Numbered from the stretch's first letter, positions 24,389 through 37,374 are shown. The stretch: 44,735 nt of DNA from Octopus bimaculoides (GCF_001194135.2 NC_069000.1:10238413-10283147); one strand, 5' to 3'. The notes: a model not told the origin generated them from the sequence alone. A program made the numbers and translations.

Positions 24389-25084
24389 CATTAACCCAAC
24401 AACTACAGAAGGAGAGTCACCAACTGAACATTTACACATGCCTACTAGAAATAGTAGCAAAATTTTCTTGTTCATTTTATATTCCACCTTCTTAGAAAAA
24501 AATGAAAAAAAGACATGTATAGTCTTAACACATTGATTTCTAAGCCTCATTTCTTGCTTTGCATCATATGATATCTTAATTTTGATATAAGTACCATAAT
24601 ATTTTTTTCACTATATGATATGTGAGACGAATACTATGTTTAATGTCTTTTACCCACGATCCACTGGTGGATTATTTGCCACCTACATCCATATTAAAAC
24701 CTAGAACCTCTGGTTGATAAAAAGGTAAATTCAAATTCTTGGATATTTTCGACTGGTGTTGGAACGGACATTTTTTTTTTCTTGTTTTTTTTGAAATCTA
24801 AAAAAAAAAGAACAAAAACAACACACACTATTTTGGTTTCCAAGGTAACTAAAATGTTTTTCGTTCCCTTCTGCTTTTATAATTATATTTTCTGCTTACT
24901 CAGTCTTTTATTTTATCTCTTTACATGGTCAAACTCACTCTGATATAATTGTAAAAATCAAAAGAAAAAAAGAGAAAGGAAAACCGTAAAATATAGAAGA
25001 GAAATAATGAGACAATCCACCGGAGGGCCACGAGGATCTTGCAAAACATACTGTCATGATCCTCTTGGTGGTTTGTGTAAGAGC

Positions 25085-25450
25085 CATGTTAACCCTAGCA
25101 CAGACACGGTCAGTTTTAGCATGGTTTTCAAAGCTGGATGCCCTCCCTAACACCAGCCACTCCACAGAGTAGACTGAATGCTTTTTATGTGGCACCAGCA
25201 CAGCTGAAGTCAATTTTGGCATGATTTTTATAGCTGGATGCCCTTCCAAATACCAACCACAGAGTGGACTTGATGCTTTTTACACGGCACCGGCACCGGC
25301 AGGGTCACCAAGTAACTTGCAAGACAAGAAATTTTTGAGAGAAGAGGGAGCATTGGAAGAGGTGATCTTGTGTCAGTTGATGAAGGGTTAGGACATGACA
25401 GAGACAGAGAGCCAGAAACAGGCATCTTATTGTAAAGGAGATACATGGTT
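25085..25450 (-). mobile_element. Family C LINE 3' UTR with internal tandem duplication
   Basis: Two successive agctggatgccc...accagccac/accaaccac...gcttttta...ggcacc blocks. Confidence 0.65.
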
Positions 25451-25929
25451 ACCAGGCCAAGGAGACAGAGAGAGAGTTAACAAGAATGAGGACAGAAACA
25501 GGAGTGCTGCTGTAAAGGAGAAACATGTTTCAAAATTAATTGAAATAAAAGAGGGTGTATTTCAATAAAACTACATAAAGAAAAGTGTTAAATATACGTG
25601 CCGGAAGGAAACTAAGATGGGATTGCCAAGGTTGGAATGCTTTTGATCATAGATCATCTCAAATCAGAGCTGGACTCACACTGAAATAGCATCTAACAAC
25701 AAAACCGTCATGTTCACTTGAAAGTTAGTTTAGTTGCAGTTTGGTTACATGAATCTTCATGGTTACACATAGTACCAGAAACACAAATTATATTAAGTGT
25801 ATAGAAGAGGCTGTTTGAGAGAATCTTGTCACAGAGTTTAACACTGATTCCTGATTTTGTTTTGGTGCCTTCTGCTGCAAGCTTTTCGAGTCTATGTTTC
25901 TAGGATGTCTGAGAATATCGAGATGTTCC

Positions 25930-26110
25930 AAACAAGGTAATAATGCTGCATCGGCTTATCGAACAATGAACAGAACACACATGGTTAGATAGAGAGTATA
26001 TCGGAAACGTAGATCCTCATGTGCATGAATGGTGAGCATTTTGCTTGCCAATGATCGTGCAACAAGCAGAGACATGTTACGAAAGCTGGACATGCTTTCA
26101 GTTGACTGCA
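25930..26110 (+). mobile_element. Possible highly degenerate RTE ORF2 remnant
   Basis: Across frameshifts IMLH..E.* / ET*ILMCMNG / NDRATSRDMLRKLDMLSVDC loosely resembles MLHGSETW...ETxMLRWMxG...DR..S..LR.KL. Confidence 0.35.
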
Positions 26111-26279
26111 CACACATCACACTGTCTGTTTGAAGTGTGAGGTTCATGTTCATGATCAGCGAATATGTAAAGTTAAGAGAGAATATGAACTCATGCATGT
26201 GTGCACATCCCTCCCCACCCCGCAGACACACGAACTCAAACACACAACAGGCTTTTAGCAGTTTCCATCAACTAATTAT

Positions 26280-26400
26280 GAAGGTGTGTGACCTAGTGGT
26301 TAGGCCGTTGCACTCACGATTGCCAGATCGTGGGTTCGATTCTGACTGGGTGGCACATTGTGTTCTTGAGCAAGACACTTCATTTCACATTATTCTAGGT
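26280..26400 (+). mobile_element. SINE family F head and CORE-like segment
   Basis: acctagtggttagg...gggttcgattc...gttcttgagcaagacacttcatttcac. Confidence 0.65.
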
Positions 26401-26499
26401 TGCTATGTCATGGAATTGAACCTGGAACCACGTGTTTTGCAAAGCAAACTTCTTAACCCACACAGCTATACATATTCTTGTATCTTTTACTGGTTTCAT

Positions 26500-26840
26500 T
26501 CATTAGACTGCAGCCATGCTGGGGCAATGCCTTGAAGAACCCTCAGTTGAATGAATCAGCCCCAGTACTTAGTTTGTTTTCTTAAACCTGGTACTTAGTC
26601 TATCGATCACTTTTGCTGAACTGCTAAGTTACAAGGATATCAACACAAGTTATTAAATGGTGGTGGACAAACACACACACACACACACACACACAATGGG
26701 CTTCTTTCAGTTTCTTCTTACCAAATCCACTCAGAAGGCTTTGGTTGACCCAGGGTTATAGCAGAAAACAGTTGCCATGCAGTGGGACTGAACCAGGGAC
26801 CATGTGGTTGGGAAGCAAACTTCTTACCACACAGCCACAC
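26500..26840 (-). mobile_element. SINE family A
   Basis: Reverse complement of the 23953-24320 pattern. Confidence 0.8.
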
Positions 26841-27220
26841 TCTAATAATAATAATAATTAGAATAACACCATTTTTCTTTAAAATTCATCTACACAATTA
26901 GAATACGTTGATTTTGCTAACCGTTTAAATTGTATAGGAAACAAAAAAGATTTTTTTAAAGGAAATACTGAACTCTATTCAAAATTGAAACATAAAATCA
27001 TTTTGTTTATGATAACAATTGACTTTTAATGGACTGTAAATTGTAGGTGTTGCTTAACAGCCAAAAAATATTAAACATATTGACTCATACATATTGAAAA
27101 ATAACTGTTGAACGTGAGCATACACATACACAACCTATTATAATATGAGGAAGCCACAATATAAGCTAGATTAATTGCATAAAATGTTTTATAGAGAGTT
27201 GTACAAGGAAAAGAAATATT

Positions 27221-27433
27221 AGTTTCAAATTTTGGCACAAGACCAGCGATCTTGAGGGGAGGAGTAGGTTGATTCCACCAACTCCAATGTTTAGCTGGTA
27301 CTTATTTTATCGACTCCGTAAGGATGAAAGGCTAAGTTGATCGTGGTAGAATTCGAAGTTAGGGTGTAAAGATGGACAAAATGCCATGAAGTATTTTTCC
27401 CAAAGTGTTAATGATTCTGCCAGCTCACCGTCT
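27221..27433 (-). mobile_element. SINE family B with 19-bp target-site duplication
   Basis: tacaaggaaaagaaatatt (27202-27220) and tacaaagaaaagaaatatt (27434-27452). Confidence 0.8.
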
Positions 27434-27454
27434 TACAAAGAAAAGAAATATTTT

Positions 27455-27674
27455 TTTTCTACTCTAGGCCTAAGGCCTGAAATTTTAAGGGAGGGGGGGG
27501 GGCAGTTGATTAGATCAATTCCAGTACGCAACTGGTACTTAATTTGTTGACCCCCCAAAAAGGATGAAAGGCAAATTTGACCTTGGCAGAATTTGAACTC
27601 AGAATGTAAAGACAAATGAAATACCACTAAGCATTTCAGCCAGCATGCTAACTTTTCTGCCAGCTCACCACCTT
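27455..27674 (-). mobile_element. SINE family B, second adjacent copy
   Basis: Followed by aaagaaaagaaat (27675-27687), a third copy of the same target. Confidence 0.8.
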
Positions 27675-27766
27675 AAAGAAAAGAAATGTATTCAAGTTTA
27701 GGTGAACAGGCTGGGGAATATTTTTTTTTCTCTTACAGACTCTGTTCAGATTACTAGGACTACTTC

Positions 27767-27851
<85 letters not shown>

Positions 27852-28020
27852 CTACTATTATTATTATCATTATTATTATTATTATTATTATTATTGCTAT
27901 TATTATTTTTTGGCTGCTGTTGTTGCATTTGTTGCTGTCGTTTTTACTATTGCATTGCAATGGTATCATTATTATTATTATTATTATCATTATTATTATT
28001 ACTATTATTATTATTACTTC
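27767..28020. repeat. (TAA)n directly followed by (TTA)n, then degenerate (TTA)n
   Basis: Direct reading. Confidence 0.95.
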
Positions 28021-28384
28021 TATGGCGTTATTGTTATGCGTATTATGTGTTAATATCCCGTGTCTGTTATCATGTTATCATGTGTTATTACTCCACGTAT
28101 ATAATTATAAATTATTTCGGTCGTTTTTGAAATGTATCAATTATATATTACAGCTTCAGTTACAATGTACTTTAGACTGTACTTTGCAAAAACACAATGA
28201 CAAATTGAATTCAATGGATGTTTCCCCCCAAACAGCAACACCCCACAGAAAGGTAATTGATATGTATTATCCCCCCCTGTTATTACTATTTTATGTATTA
28301 TGTATCAGCGACATTTTGAAAACATATCAATTTTTGTTGTGTCTTGGGCTGCAATGTACTTTATCGCTATATTTGCGGGAATAA

Positions 28385-28665
28385 AGCCAAGAAGGTGTGT
28401 TGTTGTCTCCTTTGCCTTGGTTTCTGAGTGATAGTCATAAGCAAGTGTCACCATCATGAGCCAATAAGGGAGCCTTGGTGCAGTCATTTGCTGTGCTAGA
28501 AATACCAACCTAATCTTCTTCAAATCACAGTCTACCATCTCAAAAATGGGAAGGTTACATGGGATAAGGCATTCCTGGAAATGCATTTGGACCAGGTTCT
28601 TGCTGGAACACTTTAGATTGTAAGTCTGCTTAGTCAGAGCTGACCTGGACTAAACAATTGATACA
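28385..28665. mobile_element. Additional interspersed repeat family (related pieces near 20440-20530, 25600-25700, 32490-32720 and 35380-35440)
   Basis: Recurring gatcatag/gtctgct..tcagagctgacctgg..ctaaacaa motif; class not determined. Confidence 0.4.
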
Positions 28666-30245
28666 ACATTCACCAACATAGATTTACAAACCAAGGATTG
28701 TGGTTTCTATTTCTTTTACTTGAATGCTTTTGAAGGATATTCAGAAGAGTAGCATTTATTCATGTATAATAAACACATTTCATGAAAAAATATGACTGTG
28801 TGATTCAAAAATGCTAACTTTACAGTAAATACACTGTTTTGATCTGTAATGGTGTAATCCCAAGATCACATCTGAATTTGTTTTAGTTTCTTTTAAGATA
28901 ACTCTTTTACAATGTATTTTACACAGCAATTATAATAAATCAGACTAAACACCTTTTCTTTTTTTAAATTATTTCATATTTAAAAAAATCATTGTGTATC
29001 ATTATACATGAGAATGTTCTCTCTAAGTTTTAGCAGAGAGTGCAAAAATCTCATTTTGTGCTGCTCTTTTCTCCTCCCTCTGAACTTTTTGTTTTCATTT
29101 GTTTCCTTTTAAACAAATAATGATTTCTTATTTTGTCACAAAACCAGAAATCTGCAGGGAAGGATTATGGTCCATTTAATCAACTTCAACCTCACTAATA
29201 GACCTGGTACTTATTGATCTATTCTGGCATATGAGGAGCGAAACAGAAGTAAAATGATGATACAGATAAGAACAATGACAATGGTAACGATGTGTTTGTT
29301 ACACAGTTGCTCGAGTCTCATTTTTTATTTTTTTTAAATCTGTGCATTTAATACAAATTACAGAAAGTATAGCAAAAAAAAATAAACAGAGATTTAGAAT
29401 AAATATATGGAAAAAAAAATGAGAACAAAACTTATGAAATACTTAAAATAAGTGAACCAAGTGTTGTTTAGAGTTAGAACAATGATGGTACACCAGAATG
29501 ATCTTAGGGGTGGGTGGGTGTGATGACTAAAACAAACTAACAAGAATCAGGAGAAAAACTAACTTATTCTTCCAATTAGATAAAAAAGAAATATTTCTTT
29601 TAAACAAATCATACAAACGCCTCATATTATTTATATATATATATCTATTGAGAAATAACAAATAGAAGAAAAATCTCTTTTTTTTTTTCTTTTGGCTCTT
29701 CTAAGAAAGGCACCTACCTATCCGAAAATATTGGTCTTTGATTTTTCTCATGGTACACACACACACACACTACCTTTACTTTTGCTTCCAGTTTCTACTA
29801 ATGTCAATGCAGAACCATCACCAGGCAACTAATTCTAGTGACTATCCTCATAGAGCTGGGAAGCTCATTTACCATTCCAGAACATCTAACCATGTTTTAC
29901 TACTATCTTCTTCATTAGTAACTCAATCAGTTTTCTTCATTCATTCATTTATTTATTTATTTATTTATTACCATTTTCTTATTTACTTCTGGTTAATGTC
30001 GTGTAACACATTTCTTTTTTTTTTTTTTTTCATTTTTTTTTTTTACTGGATATTTGCGATATAAATGTGAGTGTTGATGTATAGTGTTATTAGTCTCTAA
30101 GTATCATTTCTGCCGTGATTATAGCCATTGTTCTTTCAAGACAGACACATTGTAGAAAACATCAACTGTTATATTTGGAATAATAAGCATTTCGGTACCT
30201 ATATACTTAATGAAAGTTACTGCAATACTTCATTATACTAGTGAC

Positions 30246-30294
<49 letters not shown>

Positions 30295-30494
30295 CATGTA
30301 TGTTTTTGCCATTGTTTTACGTATTTTGTAAGTAACTTTATTCTCATTTTTTCCTTTCTTTTTATTTTTCCATTTGTTTATTTATTCTAACTTATCGTTT
30401 ATTTTAATGTTATACCATCTACAATTTGTGCTTAATGTAAAGATAAAAGAAAACAAAAAAAACCACTGCACCACATAGGAGGAGGAGGAGGAGG

Positions 30495-30655
30495 ACATAA
30501 CCGTATGGCTGAGAAGCTTGCTTCCAAACCAAGTGGTCTTGGGTTCAGTCCCACTGTGTACTACCTTGGGCAAGTGTCTTCTCCAATAAGTGCAAGTCAA
30601 CCGAGGTCTCATAAGTGGGTTTAATAAAATGGAAACTAAAAGAAATCTGCTCTGT
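30495..30655 (+). mobile_element. SINE family A, 5' part
   Basis: tggctgagaagcttgcttcc...gggttcagtccc...ccttgggcaagtgtcttct. Confidence 0.75.
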
Positions 30656-30659
30656 GTGC

Positions 30660-30691
<32 letters not shown>

Positions 30692-30717
30692 ATACATATA
30701 TAGGCACACATATTCAA

Positions 30718-30757
<40 letters not shown>

Positions 30758-31399
30758 ACACACACAGAGCTTCAGTTTCTGTCCACTAGGAAATACATTT
30801 TGCTGATGAAGTCTAACCAGACTGGAAAAAAAAACCTGTACAGAGTTGACACACTGCAGTAAAAGATCAGTCACTTTTCACTGCATTCTACATTCAACTG
30901 ATCTCAACTATTTTAAATTTCCCACTTTTTAAAAAAATATTTTGTTCACTTTGTTCACTAAAATTAATCATTAACAGCGATATTTTCCCCTCTTTACTCC
31001 TGCTGTAAGTTTTAATTAATAGAAAATGTCTTGTTTCCCCTACATTGATCCATTAGCATTTGCTCTTTAGATACTAGTCACAGAGAATGTGACTGGTTTA
31101 TCACACCTGAAAACAATCTCAGGAAATATGAAACTACAATATTCTAGACAAGTGGTTCTCTCAACCATTTTTCACCTTTATAGATCCTGTCCCTCTTTGA
31201 CTCTTCTTATACTTGGCTAGACTCTCAAAGCCATTCAATGCTTAAAAAATCCTGTTATATTTTTATAATCAAATATTGCTATGAATTTATCATTAACTTG
31301 TTTCTGTCATTAGTCTGTGGCCATGCTGGGGCACCACCTTGAAGAATTTTAGTCGAATGAATTGACCCCAGGACTTTTTTTGTTTTAAAGTTTGGTATT

Positions 31400-31600
31400 T
31401 ATCTTTAACATAGTTCTCAAGGAGAATCAGTGTGACACAAAGTGTGACAAGGCTGGCCCTTTCAAATACAGGTACTACTTATTTCTGCCAGCTGACCGGA
31501 CTGGAGCCACGTGAAATAAAGTGTCTTGCTCAAGGACACAACTCGTGACTTTATGATCGTGAGCTGAGTGCCCTAACCACTAAGCCGTAAGCCTCCACAA
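31400..31600 (-). mobile_element. SINE family F
   Basis: Reverse complement of the 21548-21770 pattern (gtgaaataaagtgtcttgctcaaggacac...taaccactaagcc). Confidence 0.75.
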
Positions 31601-32139
31601 GTAAAAGATATTAGCTAACCAAATATTCTGTCAAAAAATACCCCTCTCTACAAACATAACAAAAATAGCGGAACGGACATGGAACAAACAAACAAACAAA
31701 CAAACAAACAACAGCATAGCATGGGAAGAGATAGAGAAGACAAAAATATTTCCATACTACCATCGCCACCTACTTACACCCCACCCTTAGCCATCTCCCT
31801 CGGACTGCTTATTTCTTAAAAAGAACGTCACAATATTTCATTAATAGGCATATTAGCAGGTTGAGTAACAGTCAAAGCTGTTAAATGTAATGCTATAAAA
31901 CAATTACGGCAATACGCTGAATTAATAATAAATGTAGTCTTGCAGAGCTTCGTATCACAGTTCTGGAAAATCAGCCCAATTTGCCTGCTAGAAGACTAAA
32001 GAACTGTCAATCAATAATTAAATATAAGATAATCTATTTTTAAAGCCCACTTTTGTACTGACTATTCCTTTAATTATTGCATAAGTCATTCGAAATTCAA
32101 CAGAAGAGTATGAGTCTGTCACAGACAGTGTTTTCCTAC

Positions 32140-32370
32140 CAATATCATTGCGGTTTAACGTCCACTTTTCCACACCTGTATGGGTTAGAGAGAACTTGTT
32201 GATGCAAATATTACAGAACTTGTTATTTAGCTCCAACATCTACCTTGAGTAAGCAGATTTATCCTCTCTCAAAATGTGAGGCCTGGCATTTCCGTATGCT
32301 AGAAGTCATTATAATATATTACAGAACTTGCTGTTTGGCTCTCAAGTTTACCCTGATTAAGCAAATCTAT
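32140..32370 (-). mobile_element. Family C/D-type retroposon tail with ~108-bp-period imperfect direct repeat
   Basis: tttaacgtccacttttccacacctgtatgggtt tail; atattacagaacttg at 32208 and 32316. Confidence 0.5.
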
Positions 32371-33574
32371 TGTCAAAGCATCCTAACCGTAACCATCTTT
32401 TTTTGTATACCTAAGTGCAATGTGCCCATTTTAAAGACAAAATTTTCAAAAATTTATTCATTTATTGTCATTTATTTTTAAATACCACCAAGGCTGACTT
32501 AGTCCCTGGTCAGCCCCAACCAAGGAGAACCTATTATCTAAATTCCACCATCGAACATACCGTCTTTCTTTCAGGTATAGTGTATCTATGATTACACTAT
32601 CCAATGTGTTCTATAAATTTTTGGTATGAGGTGGCAGATATTCGTAGCAGGTTGTAAGTCTCTTGTTAAATAACTGGTTCAGCCCAGTAATTCACAGGAT
32701 CAAATGCTAACTGAATAAACAATATTCTTTCCTCTTACAAAAATTGGCTTCAATGTCTTGCTAAATTTGCTCTAAGACTAGGTCTTCCTCCTTTGTTCTT
32801 AATCCTTCCCTGTTCTTAAGCCTTCAAAGTGCTATTTAAAAAGGTATGAAATTTTGCACAATCTAATTTCATAGCTATTATAAATTAATGGTCTTGTGAG
32901 TAATTAAAACAATATTATTATTACTATTATTATTAGTTATAGTAGTAGCAGCAGCATTTTTTTTTTCTTCCTATCATAATCTACATCGTCCTCATCATCA
33001 TCATCACTGATTCAGCCAGTCGTGTTCTCTACTCACTAACGAAGCCAGTCACTGATTCAATTATGCTAATACTCTATACAGACTCATTAGCACAATTTTT
33101 GTGTCACCTTGTCAAATTACAACAAAAGATCTTTTTGTGTTTGAAGCTCACACCGGGAACATTAGCAATTCCGTCAATCACATACAGAGACATCTACCTA
33201 CAAGGGTCACTTCTAGTTTCCATGGCACTGAATACAATGCAACATTAACCTCTCCTTCAACAAAACAATACTTTTATTAAGACAGGTTACTGTCCAGAAA
33301 ATTCTACGATCTACTTTACCTCAGTGAGGGGAATAGAAATGCATGAAAATAAACACAAAAAGAGTGAAACTACTAAGCAGCAAGCCAAGGCAACACTTTG
33401 TCCATTTTATCATTCCACCCTCATTGAAAGAGACTAAAACAGAAAAAAAAGAAAGAAAACGAAAAAAGAAACTACATTTAAATTAAGAATGATTGTGGAA
33501 GCAATTATAGTTCACAAAGTGGGGAAGTGAGAAGGCTTTGTTTCATAGACACCCCTATCCACTAGAACATTTCC

Positions 33575-33883
33575 TAATTTCTTTATTGCCCACAGGGGGC
33601 TACTAAACATAGAGGGAACAAACAAGGACGGACAAAGGGATTAAGTCGATTACATCGACCCCAGTGAGTAGCTGGTACTTAATTTATCGACCCCGAAAGG
33701 ATGAAAGGTAAAGTTGACCTTGGCAGAATTTGAACTCAGAACACCAGTCCTCAGTCAAATCGTCCAACCCATGCTAGCATGGAAGGCGGATGTTAAACGA
33801 TGATGATGATGATGAACGTAAAGACATGAAATACCGCTAAGCATTTCGCCCGGTGTGCTAACGATTCTGCCAGCTCACCGCTA
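33575..33883 (-). mobile_element. SINE family B interrupted by a family C fragment
   Basis: Near-identical to 21776-22010 apart from the insert at 33743-33813. Confidence 0.85.
33743..33813 (+). mobile_element. 5'-truncated family C insertion with (GAT)n tail
   Basis: Reverse complement of ~17260-17330 with about 3 mismatches; GAAC duplicated at 33739-33742 and 33814-33817. Confidence 0.85.
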
Positions 33884-33897
33884 CTAGAACATTTTCA

Positions 33898-34117
33898 TTA
33901 ACCATTTAGCATTCAAACTGGCCATATTTGGCCTAAATATTCTACTTCCTGTATGTTTAAACTAGCCAGATTCAACCCCTTACACTGACCCTGCAATATC
34001 GTTCCTAAAGTAAAGAGAATCTTACAGCTATGAGAAAATGCACAGCTAATTCAAAAACCATATAAATTTTTTTTTAAATTACATTTGATAAGAGGATTCT
34101 GAATACTAAAAGGTTAA
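33898..34117. mobile_element. piggyBac-like MITE
   Basis: TTAA|CCATTTAGCATTCA ... TGAATACTAAAAGG|TTAA. Confidence 0.75.
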
Positions 34118-35474
34118 CCTGTTGAGGCCTGAGAGTCTTCTGAATGGTCAGCTGTAGAAATGAGCTGTGATGTCACTGGTGCCAGGCTGTATCGGCCTTT
34201 GCCTTTCTCTTGGATAACATCAATGACATAGACTTATGCCTCAGAGGGTAATTTTCAAGATGCAATCTCAACTTTCATTCATGACCGAAGGGGGGGTCTT
34301 TACTCTTTTTTACCCTTTTACATTTGACAGAGTAATCTGAATGCTAAAGGGTTAATCAAAGCCAATGTCTTCCACTTGGCTCTTACTCAGCATGAAATTT
34401 CAACACTCATGTCTTGGCATGTATATATTACTCCTTCACATCCTCTCTCAACATTTCCTTCCTCTATTCAGGTCCCTGCTACATTTACAGACTGTATAAA
34501 TTTATCTACATGTTTAACCTTTAACACACAGCATTTTCTCTAGAACTGTTTCCCCCTGTCACTGCCCTGTTACTACAAGGGAGAAAACTCATATGGTGAA
34601 AACTCGTACAGTGACCTAAAGGTTAATTTGAGCCCTGTTGCTAAAATGCTAAATCCAAGTACCCTTCTCTGTCAGTGAATTTAATATGTCTACGAAAAGT
34701 AAGATGCTGTTTGCAAATTGGAAGTGTTTTAGTAGCTCACTGATGAAGCTGATTCCACCACCTTTGCGGTCAATGTCCTGGTGTGTGTGCGTGTGTGTAT
34801 GGTACATGTATATGTGTGTGTATGTATGTATATAATTGTGTACATACACATGCACACACAAGCATACTCATAATGCACACACACACACACAAATATACTC
34901 ATGACACTCACACATACTCATCACACACACACACACACAAATGTGCATGTATACATCTTGATTTAAAAGAATATTTAATTGCTGTCAAAAAAGGATCACA
35001 TTGTTGAGAAATTTTAATTTCATAAACTTGGAAGAATTAATTAATTTCACAGAATTGGAATCACAAGTATTCTTTTCAAGTCACAGTTCTAAGACAACCA
35101 CGATGTCAAGGGCCCAGAATGGTGAAGATGGTGGCGCTACAATGTGAGAGGAAGTGGGCAACCGGTTTCACTGAGAAGAAGAAAACTCAATTTTTAGAAA
35201 TGAAGAGACAATTTCAAAGCAATTAAATTACACCTTGGAAAATTTGTAATAATGAGAAGAAAAAAATTATTTTTTCATTAATAAAATCTTGAAGGTTTCT
35301 TATTAAACTCATCATTATTATTATTACAATCATTGTTATTTGCAATAGTAACAGAAATGTTTGCTGCTGTTCTTTAGCCCTGGGTCACTTCATATTGAGC
35401 AAACCTATGATCAAAACACATAGCACCATCACTATCCATCCATCCTTCTTCTTCTTCTTCTTATTATTATTATT

Positions 35475-35660
35475 AAGGTAGCAAGCTGGCAGAATTGTTA
35501 GCACGCGGGGCAAAAGGCTTAGTGGCATTTTGTCTGTCTTTACATTCTGAGTTCAAATTCCGCTGAGGTCCACATTGCCGTTCATTCTCTCAGGGTCAAT
35601 AAATAAAGTATCAGTGAAACACTGGGAGCTATGCATTTGGCTAGACCCCTGCTACAAACA
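35475..35660 (+). mobile_element. SINE family B, the only plus-strand copy
   Basis: aaggtagcaagctggcagaattgttagcacg...gagttcaaattccg. Confidence 0.8.
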
Positions 35661-35949
35661 TTTATTGGGGGAAGTCTACTGCCACTATCTAGAAAGCTAA
35701 GTTGCCACAAAGAGCTTCTTCCTCGGGTCACGGTGTGCAGCAGCAGCAGCAGTGGTGGTGGTGGGACAACTAGTAGTAGTAGTAGTAGTAGTAGCAGCAG
35801 CAGCAGCAGCAGATTGGAATTCTAAGTCTTTGAATTTTCTCCTGCCAAACTCTGGTCAACAAAACAACAACAACAACTCTGCAATTGAACTAGGAACAAT
35901 CCACAAAAGCAAACATTTTTTTGAACCTCCTCTACCTGCCGATATAGAT

Positions 35950-36175
35950 AAACCCTTTAGCATTTAAACCAGCCAAATTAACCCGGCCCAAATATTATAC
36001 CTGCTTTATGCTCAAACTGGCCATATTCAGCCGCTAACACCTACCTTATGATGTCGTACTAAAATCAAACAAGCACATCATTGAAATCTCAATGCAAAAG
36101 GATAATGCATCAGTAATTCCAAACAATGTAAATAAATAAGACAGAATAATCTGAATGCCAATGGATTTGGATTAA
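35950..36175. mobile_element. piggyBac-like MITE, same orientation as 33898
   Basis: aaccctttagcatttaaaccagcc...ataatctgaatgccaatgg. Confidence 0.6.
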
Positions 36176-36409
36176 TATAGACATCGGCAGCTGTAAGTGA
36201 ACAAACCTCCACTGAGGAGGTCAAATAAGGCTGAAATCATGTCCCAAAGAGGATTGCTCACTGCCCCTCCCCTCCTCAATAAGTTCAATGGATTGAAGCT
36301 TACAAGCTTACTACACATGTAAGACCCTATTAAGTAAAATAGATCCTTCCTTTCTTTCTTCTTCCATCCCATCCTTCTTTTGTTTGTTTGTTTGTTTCTT
36401 TCTTTACTC

Positions 36410-36790
36410 ATTTCAGTCATTAGACTGCAGCCATGCTGGGGCACTGCCCTGAGGAATTTTTTACCGGACTAATTGACCCTATTACTCATTTTGAAGAATG
36501 GTACTTATTCTATCGGTCTCTTTTGCTGAACTGCGAAGCTATGGAGACGTAAACACATCATTACCAGTTGTCAATCAGTGTTGGGGGGACAAATACAGAC
36601 ATAAAGACACACACACATACATATAATATATATGACAAGCTTCTCTCAGTTTCCATCTACTAAATCCTCTCACCAGGGCATTAGTTGGCCCAAGACCATA
36701 GTAGAAGACACTTGCTCAAAGGGTCACGCAGCGGGACTGAACTCAGAACCATGTGGTTGGGAATCAAACTTCTTACCACACAGCCACGCC
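36410..36790 (-). mobile_element. SINE family A
   Basis: tttcagtcattagactgcagccatgctgg...agaagacacttgctcaa...cttaccacacagccac. Confidence 0.8.
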
Positions 36791-37239
36791 TGCATTTTAT
36801 TATTTTTTTTCAAGGTTCTAGATATAGGGGTCAACTGTCAATTAGATCAGCCTTATTAGTGAGCTCGTTACTTATACAACATGAAGAAAAATATCATTAT
36901 TAATCCTGTTGAACTGCCAACAGCTGGCTCCTTGGGAGTCTGGATGTGCCACAATCTTAGCAGCTAATTCAATTAATTCCTTCCAGGCATTCATTTAACT
37001 TGTTTGATAAAAATCTCCCCACGACCACCACAACCACCACCACTACCATCAACCGCTGCTTTTTTTTGCCTGATAGAATAAGGAAGATATTGAAAGAGCA
37101 GAGTGGGTGTCAACTGTCTCCACGACCAACCATCTGAACAAATTAAGTAAATAGGAATTATCTACATTAGAAAATATAGGGTGGATTTCAGAATAAGACA
37201 GGATGATGAAAAGGGAGAAGGGGCCTCGAGCAGGATAAG

Positions 37240-37266
37240 GATAAATGATGATGATGGCGATGATGG

Positions 37267-37297
<31 letters not shown>

Positions 37298-37374
37298 GAT
37301 GATACTGATGATGATGATGAGGATGATGGTGGTGGTGGTGGTGATGATTATGATGATGATGATAATAATAATAA
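37240..37374. repeat. (GAT)/(GGT)/(AAT) compound microsatellite ending in a gap
   Basis: Direct reading. Confidence 0.95.

Noticed and set aside
25956-26243. 95-aa minus ORF
   Set aside because: No recognisable domain; more likely antisense of a degenerate RTE remnant
30797-30846. Second hammerhead-like string CTGATGA-AGTC-TAACCA-GACT-GGAAA
   Set aside because: Extra G before GAAA, no stem III or palindrome, stem I only through wobble pairs; probably chance
32018-32239. 73-aa minus ORF
   Set aside because: Runs through a retroposon 3' tail
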